Source: Squalus acanthias (taxonomy: Eukaryota). Taken from it: a DNA stretch of 64,000 bases. Each line of letters opens with the position of its first letter. Within the stretch, counting starts at the first letter, position 1. Position numbers and translations under genes: made by a program. The stretch lies in NCBI GenBank assembly GCA_030390025.1, contig CM059447.1:41478001-41542000 (forward strand), in the 5' to 3' direction. Positions 63,488 to 64,000 of this stretch are shown in pieces. A model generated the notes under the pieces. The model searched no databases. It was given only the letters and a program-made list of their open reading frames with translations, and had not been told where the DNA came from.

Positions 63488-64000
63488 GGCCACAGGGCAC
63501 ACAGGCAGGCAAAGCAGCTTGCATCAGGGGAGAGGACAATCCTAGAAAAATGTGAGATATTTTATTGGGGTTGGGAGACAGATGAGGAAGAGCTCGAGGA
63601 GCTCGACGAAGATAGTGACACAAGCGAGGAGGAGCTGGAATCGGAGGACGAAAGGGTCGCCCCCGATTCAAGTATAGGGGGGACAGGGGCTGCAGATAGA
63701 GATCCACAAAGGGTGGAGGCCGAAGCTGCAGGTCCCGAACGCAGGGGGGCGGAGCTAGGGGAGGCGGAGCCAGCCGCTGTGGTTGGACCACAGGGCGTGG
63801 CAATGGAAGCCTCAGAGCCCGAGCCGCCCGCCTTGAACGTCTTGCCCTCGAGGGAGGTAGGGACTGCGAGTGAAGGGCCGCCTACTGGGCCAAGTAGGGC
63901 GGTGCCACAAGCTGCAGATCCCGAGTTCAGGGAGGCGGAGTCAGGGGAGGCGGAGCCAGCGACTGTGGTGAGACCACAGGTCGCCACGGTGGAAGTCTCG
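63488..64000 (+). CDS. Unknown acidic, Pro/Ala/Glu-rich open frame inside the LTR element, running off the window
   Basis: No stop from 63488 to the end: ..FYWGWETDEEELEELDEDSDTSEEELESEDERVAP..; in-frame internal repeat with 186-nt period. Confidence 0.45.

Overview
This is vertebrate genomic DNA, almost certainly from a cartilaginous fish, given the HE1-type V-SINEs and about 12 SacSINE1/Deu-type SINEs. It looks intergenic or deep intronic, and I could not recognise any host protein-coding gene. The window is a dense, nested TE landscape. It holds many CR1 LINE pieces (one near full-length with an esterase ORF1, one with an uninterrupted RT frame), L2 fragments, and several PIF/Harbinger remnants and MITEs with 3-bp TSDs. 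It also holds a complete but decayed Gypsy (Mag-like) element with 120-bp LTRs, a 5-bp TSD and a tRNA-Ser PBS, and four minisatellites. Three things stand out. (1) Four ~100-125-bp inserts carry minimal hammerhead-ribozyme motifs of the Penelope type; three have TSDs and two have intact cores. (2) An LTR retroelement at the right end has a perfect tRNA-Arg PBS and a Gag ending in TGA-CTAG, followed by a coiled-coil/acidic frame instead of a protease. (3) A 50-bp minisatellite was amplified from the 3' end of an adjacent SINE. Coordinates of degraded elements are approximate, and family names come from motif recall rather than database searches.
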